Origin: Balanoglossus misakiensis
Lineage: Eukaryota > Animalia > Hemichordata
Reading direction: 5' to 3'
Assembly: GCA_040954595.2 (NCBI GenBank)
Contig: CM082579.2
Location: 12,959,834-13,023,833 of the forward strand
Length of the DNA stretch: 64,000 nt
Shown: positions 37,480 to 51,191 of the stretch, piece after piece
Layout: each line of letters opens with the position of its first letter
Position numbering within the stretch: position 1 is the stretch's first letter
The notes under the pieces: generated by a model
The model's database searches: none
Told to the model about the DNA's origin: nothing
The model's input: the letters and a program-made list of their open reading frames with translations, nothing else
Translations under genes and position numbers: made by a program

Positions 37480-38150
37480 TTAATTAGTTGACACACTCTC
37501 TTTGTGATGACGACCGTCTTGCCCGCAGACTTTGCGAGTTGTACGTTCGCGAACGAGGCTGGTAGGCGTAACTTCTTTGCAAAATTAGATACATGAGATA
37601 AAGGCACCTCGTGCTGACCTCAGGAGGGGACACAGTCTGTGTAGGACTTCGGACGCTGTTACAGTCTTAGGGTTTATTCGCAATACAGTCATCAGTAAAG
37701 ACCTCTCCGTTTGCATGATGATTGTCGCTAGCAGTGTTGGTAGACTCAATTTTGGTATTGTGTCGAAGAATCACCACAGGCCGCACCGAAAATCAACTTG
37801 CGAAAATCTCTTTTTTGAGACACGTCGTACTATGGGCACTGTTCACTCAGATCAGTACATGTCCTCTAGTGTTAATGTCGCATTTAGTCTATCAGAACAG
37901 TTATTGAACAGAGCTTGGGACGGGATGATATTTCATTAGCATTCACTAGGGGGTATACATGTGTACAGTCATGACAGTCATTGAACAGAGCTACATTGCA
38001 GAACATTTTATCATCGTAATTGTACTGAAACAGGAGTGGGAATGACATGTTATTCTCTGTCATAGAAAAGAGCTATGGGTCAGCATAACATTGTATGGGG
38101 AGAGGCAACATATTTTTTGTCACTATGTCAGTCATAGTTCAACTACTACT
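37480..38150 (-). repeat. Diverged inverted copy of the 1.3-kb array unit family
   Basis: CGCGAACGAGGCTGGTAGGCGT (~37548) and TTCACTCAGATCAGTACATGTCCTCTAGTGTTAATG (~37842) are reverse complements of unit motifs, followed by degenerate subrepeats. Confidence 0.7.
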
Positions 38151-39239
38151 AAATAACAAGACAATGTTTAGAAGCAACCATGGATATTTTAGAACAAACA
38201 GTCGATCTACAGAGTCTACCGGAAAACTTTCTTATTCGCTCGGGCCTGTGTGTTCTACGCATCACAACTGAACATGCAAATAACGAGACGGCGTTTGGAA
38301 GCAACCATGGATATTTTAGAACAAACCGTCGATCTACAGAGTCTACCGGAAAACTTTCTTATTCGCTCGGACCTATGTGTTCTACGCATGACAACTGAAT
38401 ATGCAAATAACGAGACGGCGTTTGGAAGCAACTATGCATGGATATTTTAGAACAAACAGTCGATCTACAGAGTCTACCAGAAAACGTTCTTATTCGCTCG
38501 GGCAGTGTGTTCTACGCATCACAACTGATGCAAATAACAAGACAGCGTTTGGAAGCAACCATGGATATTTTAAAACAAACAGTCGATCTACAGAGTCTAC
38601 CGGAAAACTTTCTTATTCGCTCGGACCTATGTGTTCTACGCATCACAACTGAATATGCAAATAACGAGACGGCGTTTGGAAGCAACCATGGATATTTTAG
38701 AACAAACCGTCGATCTACAGAGTCTACCGGAAAACTTTCTTATTCGCTCGGACCTATATGTTCTACGCATCACAACGGAATATGCAAATAACGAGACGGC
38801 GTTTGGAAGCAACCATGGATATTTCAGAACAAACCGTCGATCTTCAGAGTCTACCAGAAAACTTTCTTATTCGCTCGGACCTATGTGTTCTACGCATCAC
38901 AACGGAATATGCAAATAACGAGACGGCGTTTGGAAGCAACCATGCATGGATATTTTAGAACAAACCGTCGATCTACAGAGTCTACCGGAAAACTTTCTTA
39001 TTCGCTCGAGCCAATGTGTTCTACGCATCACAACTGAATATGCAAATAAGGAGACGGTGACTGGAAGCAACCATGGATATTTTAGAACAAACAGTCGATC
39101 CACAGAGTCTACCGGAAAACTTTCTTATTCGCTCGGGCCAGTGTGTTCTACGCATCACAACTGAATATGCAAATAACGAGACGGTGTTTGGAAGCAACCA
39201 TGGATATTTTAGAACAAACCGTCGATCTACAGAGTCTAC
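38150..39239. repeat. Tandem repeat, 127-bp monomer, about 8.5 copies
   Basis: ATGGATATTT at 38180, 38307, 38438, 38561, 38688, 38815, 38946, 39073 and 39200; a 4-bp ATGC insertion variant occurs twice. Confidence 0.95.
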
Positions 39240-41479
39240 AGGCCGATTTACACGAGGCAACTCGGTAGACAACTCGGCAGGCAACCCGGAGTTGCTCGTT
39301 GAGTTGCCTCGTGTGTATGATGTAGTCGCGTCGCTGGAACGTGTCTGGCGACGTCGCCTCGAAATCCGTCATGTCAGATTTTCGGGCCACGAGTAGCGTG
39401 ACGCGCAAGCGATTGCCCTGTGATACTAATACATGTTGACATCTGCACATGCGAAAATGGTATTAATTTGTTATTTTACGAACCAGAAACTAGCTGTAGA
39501 CTCCGGAAAATATTGGGTTGATAAGTATTTGCTATGAAATAGGACAATTGTATAATATTGTAATAGTTTAATTTTTCAATATAAACTCAAGTTTTTGTGA
39601 AATAACATTTCAATTAATTTTCTTTCCTGTGACGGTACGGAAATAAACTACTGTTAATTTCCGTGAAAATGGTTATGACGATTGGCACTTCAATTGGAAC
39701 GTACTTGGTCCAGCTTTTTTTCGTGAGGTTCATTGTGTTTGTTTGTTTTATTTTTATTTTTTTTTTTTGGGGGGGGGGTGCCGTAACCATATATTATAAC
39801 CAAATTTCAGAGTAAACGTCAGATTATAATTATTGTCCAAAGTTCAATAGTTTTGCACAACCTCGAGTCTCCAATGTAGGCTACGTCGTAGAACCCGCTT
39901 TTTTGGGTAAAAGTTATTTCTTTGTCTGTGACGACATCATGCATACTCTGGCTCAGCAATCTCAAAAAATGTTGCACCAAAACTTAATATAGCTTTTCAC
40001 AGAATCATTGAAAGATTGTGGTTACCTTATGCGGGTACCACTACGTTTGTTCAAGTCAGACTTGACACCAAATCTTCTCTGTCACTGGAACTCTACCTTT
40101 TGACCCCTATGAAACCTATATTTAAATACTCACTTTCTTTCTTCCGTATGGTATCAATAAACAAGAAAGACAAAAAAATTTTTCTCGAGAGAATAGATTT
40201 TGTATTTGCAATGACGGCAGTACCGAAAACGAGAACCATTTCCTTTTGCAATGTAAATTTAATAACGTTTTAAATTATCTCCCACCCCGGTACTCCACAA
40301 ACCCGAATCTAGATAAATTTGGAATTGTGCCGTATTTATTTCCTCATCACAGACTCCCACGCCAAGCGTACATCATGAACAATTTAGGCAGAAATAATTG
40401 GGCCACATCAATTACTAGTACATTTTGTTTTCATATACGTTGGGCTATGTCTGGGTTGTGCAAGAAGCTGGAAATAAAAATTCAAGTTGATTTTTATTTG
40501 GTTCTATTAACTTTTTTCTCTGTAAAATCTGAGTAAACGATTGACAGAGAATGTTACTGTAAGTCTATTTTCAGATATGAAGCGGTGGCCTTGAAAAATA
40601 GGCCTAATAAAGCATTGTTGTTATATGCGGCTAGTCTGGCCGTTGGAAATCAAGCTTGCTCAGCGTGGCTGGTGTAACCTTCCCACAGGTTACAAAAAGG
40701 AGAGAGTGTAATAATGTCATACACGAGTAGGAGCGCTTTTTTTCCTCTCTGGGGCTTGGGCCTGGAAGTAAAACCTGAACACCCCATTAGCCCTACGGAA
40801 CGTTTCAAACAATTTGCTCGTTCCAATCAGTTTATGTCGAAATGGAAATACTATTCTTAAAATACATTTTCCTATAACGTGTTTCACCAAAGTGCGAAAC
40901 ACTTAAAACGTTTATCTAACAACGGGAACGATGGTGAATTTTGTTTCTTCATAACGAGAGTGATGGAACTATTCGATGATTTGTTTCTATCAGGCCGATG
41001 GGCCGATTCCCGGAAGACAAGCCACCACAAGAGGGCGCACTATGCAGGCTACTCGGGAAAGCTTTGAAAGAATGCATGAAAACCAAAAGAATTTGTCCGC
41101 TCAATTCAATACAACGCAGTAAATACGTGACCCTTCATCTCTTTGTTTTAAAGCAGTGGTACGTACACATTCAATGACAATGGTGTTTGCAAGGAAAACT
41201 TGACAAAATAAGTCAATTGTATTCATTTCTATATTTCTAGAAAATCATGAAAACATTTTGGTAACATGTACACAATAATCATCTTACTCGAAGGCACACA
41301 AGCAATGAACAACACGATGTCCCCTCGTTTATATAGTTCAAACTTTTCACTTTTAGTAATTTTGCTTTGTGTATCTGCTGTTTCTAATTCCAGAAAGTGT
41401 TTTATCAATATAGTCACATGAATACTGTTCATGCAGTCACTGATCACCCGCCCCTAAGTGTCCAGTGTTTTATAGATAT

Positions 41480-41944
41480 TGTTACGATCTGTATAAAGGT
41501 CAAATACGATTTCAAGGGTCAATTAATCCAGAGCTCGGGAATGTCTATGTTTGATAGTATTTGATTTTATGTATTTGAAGTAGATAGGGAGAGCGGGTGT
41601 TTAACTGACTGCTCTGGTTGTCAATCATCACCGAACTGACTTGTAAATTGGTACGTATAGAGTTGAATTGATGCCCAATGGGATTGTATTTGTGATATTT
41701 TACATGGTTAACCACGCCTTGAGAAAAGTAATTATAAGAGAACCTTGTTTCCAAAGTTGGGGAGAGGAGAATAATCTAACGGGAGATGGGAGTACCTCAG
41801 GCTACTGAGTTTGTTCCCTTCCTCATGTACTTTACTGGGCGTTTTTGATGTACTTTAGTAATTCTCGACAATAAATGAACGTGAATCAGATACGTGTCTC
41901 CGTGGATCACTGTTCTCGTCAGAGCCCGTTACCTCATCGCTACA
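41480..41944 (+). mobile_element. Possible solo LTR
   Basis: TGTTACGA...TCGCTACA ends; TATA-like TATAAGAG (~41733) and AATAAA (~41870) in LTR order. The TSD is imperfect (GATAT/GATTC). Confidence 0.4.
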
Positions 41945-42619
41945 GATTCCCCGATGCATGAACAACCCATGAGATACCAGCGGTAATAATATAGCTGAAA
42001 CATTTCGAGTTTGCCGTTGCCGTCACCAAAAACCAGAAAAAAGGGGCGACGCGCTGTTATTCAAGTGACGCGGGCGCTGACCAGAAGCATTTCATTTCTT
42101 TTGCCTTATCAGATGATTCTGTCTCTTATTTGTTTTTTTTGGATAATATTGTCTAAGTTGTCTAAGGCAGAGCGTGTCAGGAGCATGCGCAACATGCGTA
42201 ATTTGACAAAGTGTTCTGTTTGAAAGGCATCTCATTGATGTCAGTGCATCCATGCAAATTTGATTGTTTATATGCATGGTTGTATAACAGTGGTGACATG
42301 GTAAAGAATTTGACCAATCAAAAATAACTTTACGAGAGAGTGCTGCATAACTTCGTAATCTTGGAAGGCTGTTCCTGATTGGTGAGTTGTTGTTTGACAG
42401 CTCAATCTGCATGCTACCAACAACTGTATTCTGTTTGCTTCACCTGTTGTTTTATCCTTTACGATGTCATTTTCACTTCTGTCTATTTAGCATATCGCTC
42501 AAGGTATTTGCATAACAATAAAACCTTGTCGTTGATGTTCAGTTCGTTTATCGTCCTCCCTTCTGTCCACACGCCTTCATATTCGATCCGCAAACATTCC
42601 CTAGCTTTAGATTTTTTTC

Positions 42620-43030
42620 TCGATTTATTAGTTCTTAGTTTAGTTTTATTGCATTTCCCAGTTCATTTTCATTATCATATTTCATAGTTTAGATCAGTTT
42701 TGGTTAGATATAGAATTTTTTTTTTCATTTAGATATATAATTTTTTTTTCATTCAGTTATCGTTTACAGTCGCATTTCTTTCAGATTTCTTAGTCAGTTA
42801 GTTAGATAGATTAGTTTATTATATTAGTTCCGTTTATTATTAGATTTTTAGTTAGTATATTTTCTTATTTCAGATTAGTTATAGTATTAGTATTTTTAGT
42901 TGGTTGATAAGTTAGTTAGATAGTTAGTTACTTAGTAGTAAGTAAGTTAGTTTGATAGTTAGTTGCTTAGTATAGTAAGTTAGTTAGTAAGTTAGTTAGT
43001 TAGTTTCTTAGTTATAGTTTCAATATTAGT
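42620..43030. repeat. Low-complexity degenerate (TTAG)n tract
   Basis: Strongly C-depleted + strand made of TTAG/TAGT variants. Confidence 0.7.
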
Positions 43031-45118
43031 TTTTCTTCGGTAGTATTGCTCGGCCAAAGGATTGAAGTAAGTATAATATATATTGTTAATGATTTTTCCT
43101 TGTGTTTGCGCGCAACTTCCCTTAGGTAGCTGCAAGGGCCCTGTATTATATGTTCTGGTTCGGATTGTGCATGACATATCCGTCTTGTAACAAGAGAATC
43201 CATAAGCAAGTAGGTTGTATAGAAAGAACGGCAGGGCCGGTTTTCGTTGCAACAATTTGCTCTGTTTTCTGCTTGAGTCAGGCCTACGTGTTGGAATAAT
43301 GGCAGACGGACGTATTCGACATTGAGTGCAGCAATGCCAAAACAATACATGGTTCAAAGCAGAAAGTCGGACCAATTGATATCATAAGAATGTCAAGACT
43401 AACATCAACCCTAAAGGCAGACCAGGGCCTCTATAATTGACTATCTCCATACAGTAGAACTAATTACATGGTCTAAACATTAGCGTCGAATGTAAAAGAA
43501 AGTATTGAGGCACACCGTACACCATGAATAGATCCACGTGGAAGACAGCAGCCAACCGAGTATAAATGACAATCTGTACAAGCGCTTTCAATTTGTCTTT
43601 TCCCATAGGATTGCTGGAAAACCCGCGTCTCGTCTGCTATTGTCATTTTCATGAACGTTTGGGTCTACCCATAGCTCAGTCAAATGAATTCAAATTGAAT
43701 GGTAGAAAACAATTGAATAGCCAACGCGCTCAATTTCGAGATATGTTCACCCATGGGACAACGTAAAATTGTTGCCTCGGTAGTTTTTATTTTCATTATG
43801 ATCGACTAATCTCACGGCCTTGAATTTCAAAACCAAGCACGTTTTAACCCCATGCAATTTATTAGCGATCGAAAAAATGCTTAGTAAGGAGAATAAACAA
43901 CCAGCAACTTCTAAAGAGAAGTGACAAGACTTTCAATTTTACGAATATTCACGCATTAGTATTGTCGCGTACTTGCTCCGTGTCTACAGCATTTGCCACA
44001 ATTGACAAATGAGCGAAATTCACTTTTCTGCTAACCACCTTTGGAAATATTTATTAGTGGCTTTCGCTGTGCAGCCGCCATTATTTTTATAGTGTCACTG
44101 TCTATACTTTGGGGCTATTTTTCACATACACTGAATGATGACGGAGCTCAGCTAGTGCCCTCGAGCGATATGTTTTCCATTCTTAGAATATCCAAACGAA
44201 AACACACCAAGTTTTCTGCCAGCTGTTTGTATTTTAATTTTCTGGCGTTGAACAAGCTGCAATGACTGTGTGGTGCAGTTCGTTTCACTTTGTAGCCTTA
44301 CTCGGACTATTTTGCAGACACACATGTTAAACTAGGTTGTCGGCATTGACAATCCCATAAATAATATGGTATCGACCAGTGCAGGCCCACGTTCCCGTCC
44401 GCAGTTCATTTCCAACTTGAAAATTATTTTTATAGTACAGTATTATAATATTATAACCGGAGCACGCCCTTAACAGGGTTGACCTTTGGCCTGTCAAAAA
44501 AACACTCGAGCGCCATGACACTCGAGTGTCGGTGCATCGACCAGAAGTAATATTTATATTGATTTATTGTGGATTCCACTCGAGTCATATCGAGATGAAT
44601 CAAGGAGTCATGGTCCAAGCAATGATGAGACAGGTAAAATACAGTTTTCAGCCACGATATGATGTGATACACGACTAAACCCAAACGCAACTGCAGAACC
44701 GTAGCTCGAGGTTTACAAAGGCACACGGCACGATCGCTTCGCGATGGTCGCGATGGGGCTGCAGTAACTGTATGTTTACACCTTTGGTTATAATCCAGCA
44801 ACAGGCCTGGTTTGGCATGCATATATGCCTGGTGAAATTCCTCCAACACCTCTTCAGGCCCTAAATAAATAATGATCGCTCTCTTAGACAGCTTCAAGTT
44901 GTGATTATAATGGTGGGCCTGTAATTCCTCATTATAACCAGTAAACTAGTACAATTTACTGTCTCAGACCTGGACAATTGACACCGCTATCAATATTTAA
45001 TTTGCAAGTAAGCTTACATGAAAACGAGGAAACAGACCTGTGGTATGATTCCACTTTATTTGAAATAATGAAATTTGTTATTTATCATCCTTGATGTCAT
45101 TTCATTATTTTTGTTTAG

Positions 45119-45186
45119 ATATGTGGTAATACCATTCCGCAAAGTTCAGAACAATCCGGCTCCAGCGAACCGAAGAGAGCTATAAG
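45119..45186 (+). other. Putative 5' UTR exon of the spliced locus
   Basis: Pyrimidine-rich acceptor TTATTTTTGTTTAG and donor AG|GTATGT; contains the uORF ATG TGG TAA. Confidence 0.45.
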
Positions 45187-46142
45187 GTATGTTAATTTTG
45201 AAATACAATTTAGAATTATCAAACAAATATATTTAGTTTGGGGTTTAATATTACCGATAACCGAGAAGTTGATGACAATTTTATCAAGAAGTCTGCGTAT
45301 TAACGCATGTAGAATTTCTGTTGGAACAGATTTCTGAATGTCGCTGACTATGCAAAATCCCAATTATGCTGACAATGTAAAATTCCAATTCTGAATGAAG
45401 GAATCTACATACGTGAATACGCAGACGCCAGATTCAATCTGACTATCTGTAAGTCAAAGTTGTGAAATCGAATTGTTGTACTGAAAAATGGAATGTTCAA
45501 TTGTGAAATCAAATTTTGAACTAAGAAATGGAATGTTGAATAGAAATAAGAATAGCAAAATGCGGAGTTATAATTTTGTCATGGATTGTCACACCATAGA
45601 CTGCCAACACTCTCTTGAACAATACTGCAAAGTCTTCTCAATTGATACACACATGGCAACCAACAATCAGCCAGCAGTTTTCTGAAGTAAAATGGGCTAA
45701 AAAACTGATTCTTTTAATGGCCATAATATCATGTGACCTAGTATATAACATATTTTGACTGTCTTGACATGGCTCTCATACGTACTTAGACACACTTGGC
45801 AGTCTGAGCCCCCTGTAAAATGTACCAAATCGCACTGGTTTGCACTGTATTGGTCTGAGGGTCTTGTATAGGCTGTACTGATAAACACACACCTGGCAGT
45901 CTAACAGACCTGGGAGCCTGGATTCTAGGCACCCTGGAAATCAAACCAGTTCATACTGACTTGGCACTGTTAGGGATATATAACATAATGATTTTGTACT
46001 GTGCTCCACCCTGTTCCTCCATGTCATTGTTTCAAAATATAAACTTTAAGCATTTAGGACTTTGATAATTGCCACCATGCTGCAATTCCTGAAAGCGTCT
46101 TTTATAATCCATAATGAATAATTCTTCCAATTTCATTCACAG

Positions 46143-46208
46143 AGAGTTAGGTGTAGGCAGCGCCAGTTAGGAGCTAGAGAGGGAAGATTGGACTTGTTGC
46201 GATTCATG
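46143..46208 (+). CDS. Putative exon ending in the start ATG (46206-46208)
   Basis: Acceptor TTTCATTCACAG; consensus donor ATG|GTAAGT. Confidence 0.55.
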
Positions 46209-47458
46209 GTAAGTAATTTACAACAATTGTAGAAAACCTGAAACTGAATTCTCTTTTTATATCTGTAACCCAGAAATAGCCAAACACATTTTGTTCACAC
46301 ATGGCGCAAGAACTATGTGCTTTTAAAGCTACCATATGAATAAGCGAGTGTCATCCTGCATGTTCATACAAGTTCAATCACATGATACAGAGGTTCTGTT
46401 CGATTATTTTTCCTTTGCAAATTGCATACTTAAATATGCATTCAGAATTTACTTTGCATAAATATAACAATCTTGCCTCAAGTGGGTAGGCATTTGAAAG
46501 CCTGAATAGAACACCACTGTACCGGTACATTATTACAAAGTTTGATCTATGAATGTCATGTTGCCTGAGTGAAAATTGTAACATTTCTGTGCATTTCTGC
46601 ATTATTCGTATCTTGTAAGCCTCGCTGAATACAATTTGCACTTGCGGTGTATGCATCCTTCATTATCTTTGTGTAATTATGGTCAGACATGAAATGCGCA
46701 GGATTTTGCATTAACGGAACCACTGATCATGATAGTTCTAACCTTTATGCCATGGCAATCATGAATGTAACAGTAGCCATATTGTACAGACTTAATGTAA
46801 CAAATCATTTGTTGTCTTACTGATGTTTTCTGTCCAATTTTTAAGCATTGTTCAATCTGATTCTGCAATGATGGAAACAAACGAATTTGTGCTACATTCT
46901 GAGAAATGGGGATGTAGCTAATACTAGTATGAATTTTATGAGTGCCTGAGAAGGCTATCTGTGACATGGGTGTATTGCACGATCGAGTTGCACATTCATG
47001 GGCATTCAAATACATAACAGCGCCCTCTAGTGGTTGGCTATGACGATGTTTTTAAATTTGAACAACCTGTATAGGCTCACGAGCATCAACAGTAAAAGCA
47101 ACATAAAGGAAATATTGGTATTTTTGTCGGAAAATTTGCATAATTATAATTTTCGAGTAAATTATATATTATTGCCCTGAAACTAATAAGACAAGTATTA
47201 TGGTACGAGTTATAGGACTTCATTTACTCTGACTTTGATCAACAATTTTAAAGTAATAATTTGAAGTCCATTTGTAACTTGGATCAACTATTTGTGGTCC
47301 TTTAAAAATGTGCTTATCTTGGGTTTTATAATGTACCTTGATCCATCATTCTATACTCAGTAAATGTGTCATTGACCGAAATGGCATGACATTGACAGTT
47401 TTCAACATTTCAGTTTCAAGGATTTGCTAATTCTATTTTTTTGTATAATTTGAACTAG

Positions 47459-47497
47459 GCAAGAGATCCTCCAGATGAACCCCCAGAAAAGCCCAAT
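47459..47497 (+). CDS. Putative coding exon ARDPPDEPPEKPN
   Basis: Branch-like GCTAAT, T tract, TAG acceptor, donor GTAAGT; 39 nt, phase 0-0, open. Confidence 0.55.
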
Positions 47498-47544
47498 GTA
47501 AGTAGCTTTGGTTGTTCTGACGTGTGCTTTCATACAATGTTTAA

Positions 47545-47772
47545 AGGGAAGCGGTCATCGGGTGGGTGTCCCCCTTGATGAGAATATATCCCTTCATATA
47601 CCAGCACAAACCTCACTGTAGTCACCACAACCAGGATCTTTAGTTGCTGCCATGCCCAGTCTATGCTACGGTTGGCTGCTTCGTTCATTCTAGGAATTAT
47701 TTAATTTCAGGTATTTGAAGGTGAATTCTAATGTCTATCAACAAAAAAACGCAGCGCGCTGACCCCTTCACT
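47545..47772 (-). mobile_element. Kolobok-like MITE, copy 2 (intronic)
   Basis: TTAA on both sides (47541-44, 47773-76); TIR AGGGAAGCGGTCA / TGACCCCTTCACT; reverse complement of 16074-16298. Confidence 0.8.
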
Positions 47773-47871
47773 TTAAAGTGCTACAATATTATGCAAAATT
47801 TCAATATGTGCAAGATCTGTATTTGGTATAGAGGTGCATTATCACTTATCAGTTATATTTTCTCTTTCCAG

Positions 47872-47940
47872 CTCTATGAGGTTAACTGGCAATGGCTTCT
47901 GATCACAGTTGCTGTTTTAGCAGTGGTGTGTTGTGTTTTC
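47872..47940 (+). CDS. Putative transmembrane-helix exon LYEVNWQWLLITVAVLAVVCCVF
   Basis: Strong acceptor TTTTCTCTTTCCAG and donor GTAAGT; 69 nt, phase 0-0; hydrophobic stretch. Confidence 0.65.
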
Positions 47941-48437
47941 GTAAGTATGAGCACATTAAACTGTTATGGCAATTTATGTATGTATATATGTATGTATTTG
48001 TGTGTGTATGTACTATGTATGTGTGTGTATGTATGAATTTACCGTAATCACTCCATCAGTTCGACCAGAAAAAAATATATATGATTAGTGAAAAGGCAAA
48101 CTAATAGAATAAAAATAACATAAAACAAAAATGGCCGCTCAAAGTGCTTGAATAATTTTTCAGGGGGCATGTTTGCATTACATGAATTGCATGCATTATA
48201 AGCATGTAGTTTTGGTGATATTTATGATAGAATTGAACTGTTAAAAGTCACACAGAATAAAATCAGTGAGTTCTTAATACCTTGGAAGGTAGAAGTTGCA
48301 GATATCTACTTGAAAAATATACAATATCAATATCATGCATTTAATCAGTGGTCAAACAATTGAAGGTTATAAAATAATTAATTTTCCAAAGAATAGTGGG
48401 TGGTTGAATTAATGAAGGAGTTGAACTGATGGAGCGA

Positions 48438-49145
48438 GTATGTATGTATGTATGTATGTATGTATGTATGTATGTATGCATGCATGCATGCTTGCATGCT
48501 GCATGCGTATGTATGTATGTATGTATGCAGGGCTCGCGTTCATGTCTATTTCTTGCGTTTTCACGCAAAACTACAATGTGTGCACGCAAATATTTTGTCA
48601 CAGTTGCGTGACATGCACGCAAAAAAAATCCATTGAAAGATAACACCTGGTGAGGCTAATGGGCTATACGGGGTGCCTTTTCAAGGTTGGTCGGTTGGGC
48701 GCCCTGTACACATGTACGCGTACGCGCGCTTGTATGCTGTAGCAGGACGCACAGTGATGTACGTGCGGTAACCTAGGCCACAAACTTGGCACGTGTCGGC
48801 CCTATAATTTATGCACGCAGAAACCATTAGATATAAAAAAGTAAGTAGGGCTTCCCGGTCATTTTCCTTAAAGATTTTTTTTGTGTTGGACCGTCTAGAC
48901 ATGAAGGGAGAACTCATTATCTGAAAGCCTGCTTTGTCTATCGCTATTTTGTTGCACGTAATTCAAATACAATTTCACGCAATTTTTTTTGGCTCTTTGC
49001 GTGCACTGTATGTAAAAAATTAAATATCAAACGTAAGCCCTGGTATGTATGTATGTATGTTTGTATGTGCGTGCGTGCGTGCATGTGCGTGTGCGTGCGT
49101 GCGTACTGCGTGTATGTATGTATGTATGGATGGATAGGATGGATG
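48438..49145. repeat. (TATG)n/(TGCG)n/(GGAT)n compound microsatellite split by a MITE
   Basis: Seen directly at 48438-48527 and 49043-49145. Confidence 0.9.
48528..49042. mobile_element. hAT-like MITE, 515 bp
   Basis: TIR CAGGGCTCGCGTT / AACGTAAGCCCTG with CACGCA subterminal motifs. The TSD is hidden by the (TATG)n target. Confidence 0.72.
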
Positions 49146-49367
49146 GATAGGATGGATGGATGGATCTTGTGTGGTGCACCTGACTTTGACAGTACCTGTG
49201 TGCAAACGTTGGAAGCAGTCATCTTGGGCATGGCTGGACAGAAATTTGTGCAAGACGGCAGCCCATACCTGACCCTTGCCTTTTAGCTGACACAGCCAGG
49301 AACGAGACTACTGGAAACACCTCTTCTACAGGCAATATTTTACACTATTTTTGTTTTTTTCCCTCAG

Positions 49368-49490
49368 GTTCTGTACAAGAGTCAACACGCCAAAGATAAG
49401 TTCACGATAGAAGAAGTAACAGAGATCTTCTGCAGCCGTAAAATGCTTCTTCTTAAGCAACAAGCACGATTAAAAATCCAATTAGATTGA
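49368..49490 (+). CDS. Putative last coding segment VLYKSQHAKDKFTIEEVTEIFCSRKMLLLKQQARLKIQLD* (exon extends to 49562)
   Basis: Strong acceptor TTTTGTTTTTTTCCCTCAG; in frame with the TM exon; TGA at 49488-90; donor AG|GTAGGT after 49562. Confidence 0.55.
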   Translation, partial: VLYKSQHAKDKFTIEEVTEIFCSRKMLLLKQQARLKIQLD

Positions 49491-50558
49491 ACAGAATGAG
49501 GCCATGTTGATAGATTTCACGAAATTGGCGCAAACGTTTGAAACACTCCAGCAGGAGACAAGGTAGGTGTGGCGTACACTTGGATATATTGGATATAAGT
49601 TGAATATACCGGTACATGATATACTACAGTGGCACCTTTGTGGCAACAAAAATTCAGCGGTCTGATTATGTGGTATGTACTCTAATATTGCAGTCACATT
49701 TGGGCCATCCCAAGCAGAGAAGGGTCTTATGGTCATAAGTATCGCAGACCTCTTCCTGCTTCCGATGGCCCATTATATTTTGCAGGACACAATTTTCATT
49801 TCAATCAGAGCACACTCATAAGATTTGCACATTGTACATGTGGTATCTTATGACAGTATTGTAGTCATCATGTACTGCATGACTGGTCGGCCCAGCCTCA
49901 AGCAGTTCAAAAATAATGTACACCCAAAAGGAACATGGTCTTAGAGTTTTTGTGCCAACCAAAATCAAACGGTCTAATTATGTGGTAGTAATTTTGTCAA
50001 CAGTCACTAATTGTAAAAAAAAGGAATTAAAGCAGTGAAAATGCTCTGAGTTGTGGACAGAGTTGCATCACCCAGGAAAATACGGATGAGGTCGTCAAAT
50101 TGCACCCAAATGAAAAAAATAAATAACGTGGTCTGGCTGCAAAACGCCTCAGCCAAATTTTGTATAAATTGGGTCCATACAAATGAAAATTGGGTCCACC
50201 AAAATTGAAAAGGTGTCTGCAAATATTACAGTAGTGCTGACCCAGAATTTGAATTGTTGTTGGCATGTAGGGGCCAATATGGTCCATTGCATTTTCTCAT
50301 CAGGGGCCACCCGTTTGTTTGTATATTGGCCAGACTTTTGAAAACAACATATTTGGATCAAACCACCATCTTTTAAATTGCGTCTTTTTCAATAATGTCT
50401 TAGCTTTCATTTTTGTGTGTATATACCAAGAATGTGGCAGTTTCTTGAAGAGGGTGCACATACGTGTCTAACAATTTTGGAAATCACTGAAAATAACCCG
50501 TAAATTGCTGAAATATGAGTCAGTTTGAGCCCATCAGTCTTGTGCATACTATCAACTA

Positions 50559-51155
50559 CTGTGGAACAATAGAATCTCACACTCCCAGGGACCTGGGATC
50601 GTATTTCTCACACGAGTTGGGGATTTTCTGTCCCACACTCGCCTGCGGCTCATGTGGGACAGAATATCCCGACGAGTGTGAGAAATATGATCCCAGGTCC
50701 TTGGTGTGTGAGATTATTTTTCTCACACGGTCACAAATTAGCCAAATTCGTTAAAAAAATTGAATAAATGACGCTAGAACTGTCGTCTGGGGGCACGTTG
50801 TAGTCTCTGTTCCTGTAATACACATCGCGCCATTGGATAACTTTTAGCGCGCGTAGCAAAATAACACTTTGTCAACCAATCAGCGCTCGCGTCATATACA
50901 GCTTTCGATTCAGTGAGAGTGTGAGAACAATTTGTTCTCACACTTTGTTCTTACACTCCCAGCGTGCCAGGAGTGTGAGAACAGGTCATTTTCGCGAGTA
51001 ATAAATTTAAGCGAAATACGGGAGAGCAAAAAATACGCGAAATATAATTGTGAAAGAACAATGTGCATGAGAACGCGAAAATTAACTCTCGCGTAACAGT
51101 GGCCTCTTTCGATGTCACGAAAAATTTCAACTCGCGAAAATAACATGTTTTACAG
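50559..51155. mobile_element. Short TA-flanked MITE (~180 bp of its own sequence) interrupted in its left TIR
   Basis: The reconstituted left end TA|CTGTGGAACAGGTCATTTTCGCGAGT matches the reverse complement of the right end, TA|CTGTAAAACATGTTATTTTCGCGAGT. Confidence 0.65.
50569..50983 (+). mobile_element. Double-hairpin non-autonomous element (Crypton-like?), copy 1
   Basis: ~150-bp palindrome AATAGAATCTCACAC...GTGTGAGATTATT plus a small 3' hairpin; GAACA at both junctions; second copy at 54311-54672. Confidence 0.75.
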
Positions 51156-51191
51156 TATCTCTAATGTTGTAATGTCTTGGGTTTCTTTCAG

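Noticed and set aside
38180-39450. Repeated MDILEQTVDLQSLP ORFs
   Set aside because: The 127-bp period is not a multiple of 3, so the frames rotate.
42056-43192. Second LTR (TGTTA...TAACA)
   Set aside because: No TSD, PBS/PPT or partner copy.
48341-49286. MYVC/HTYI-repeat ORFs
   Set aside because: Microsatellite translations.
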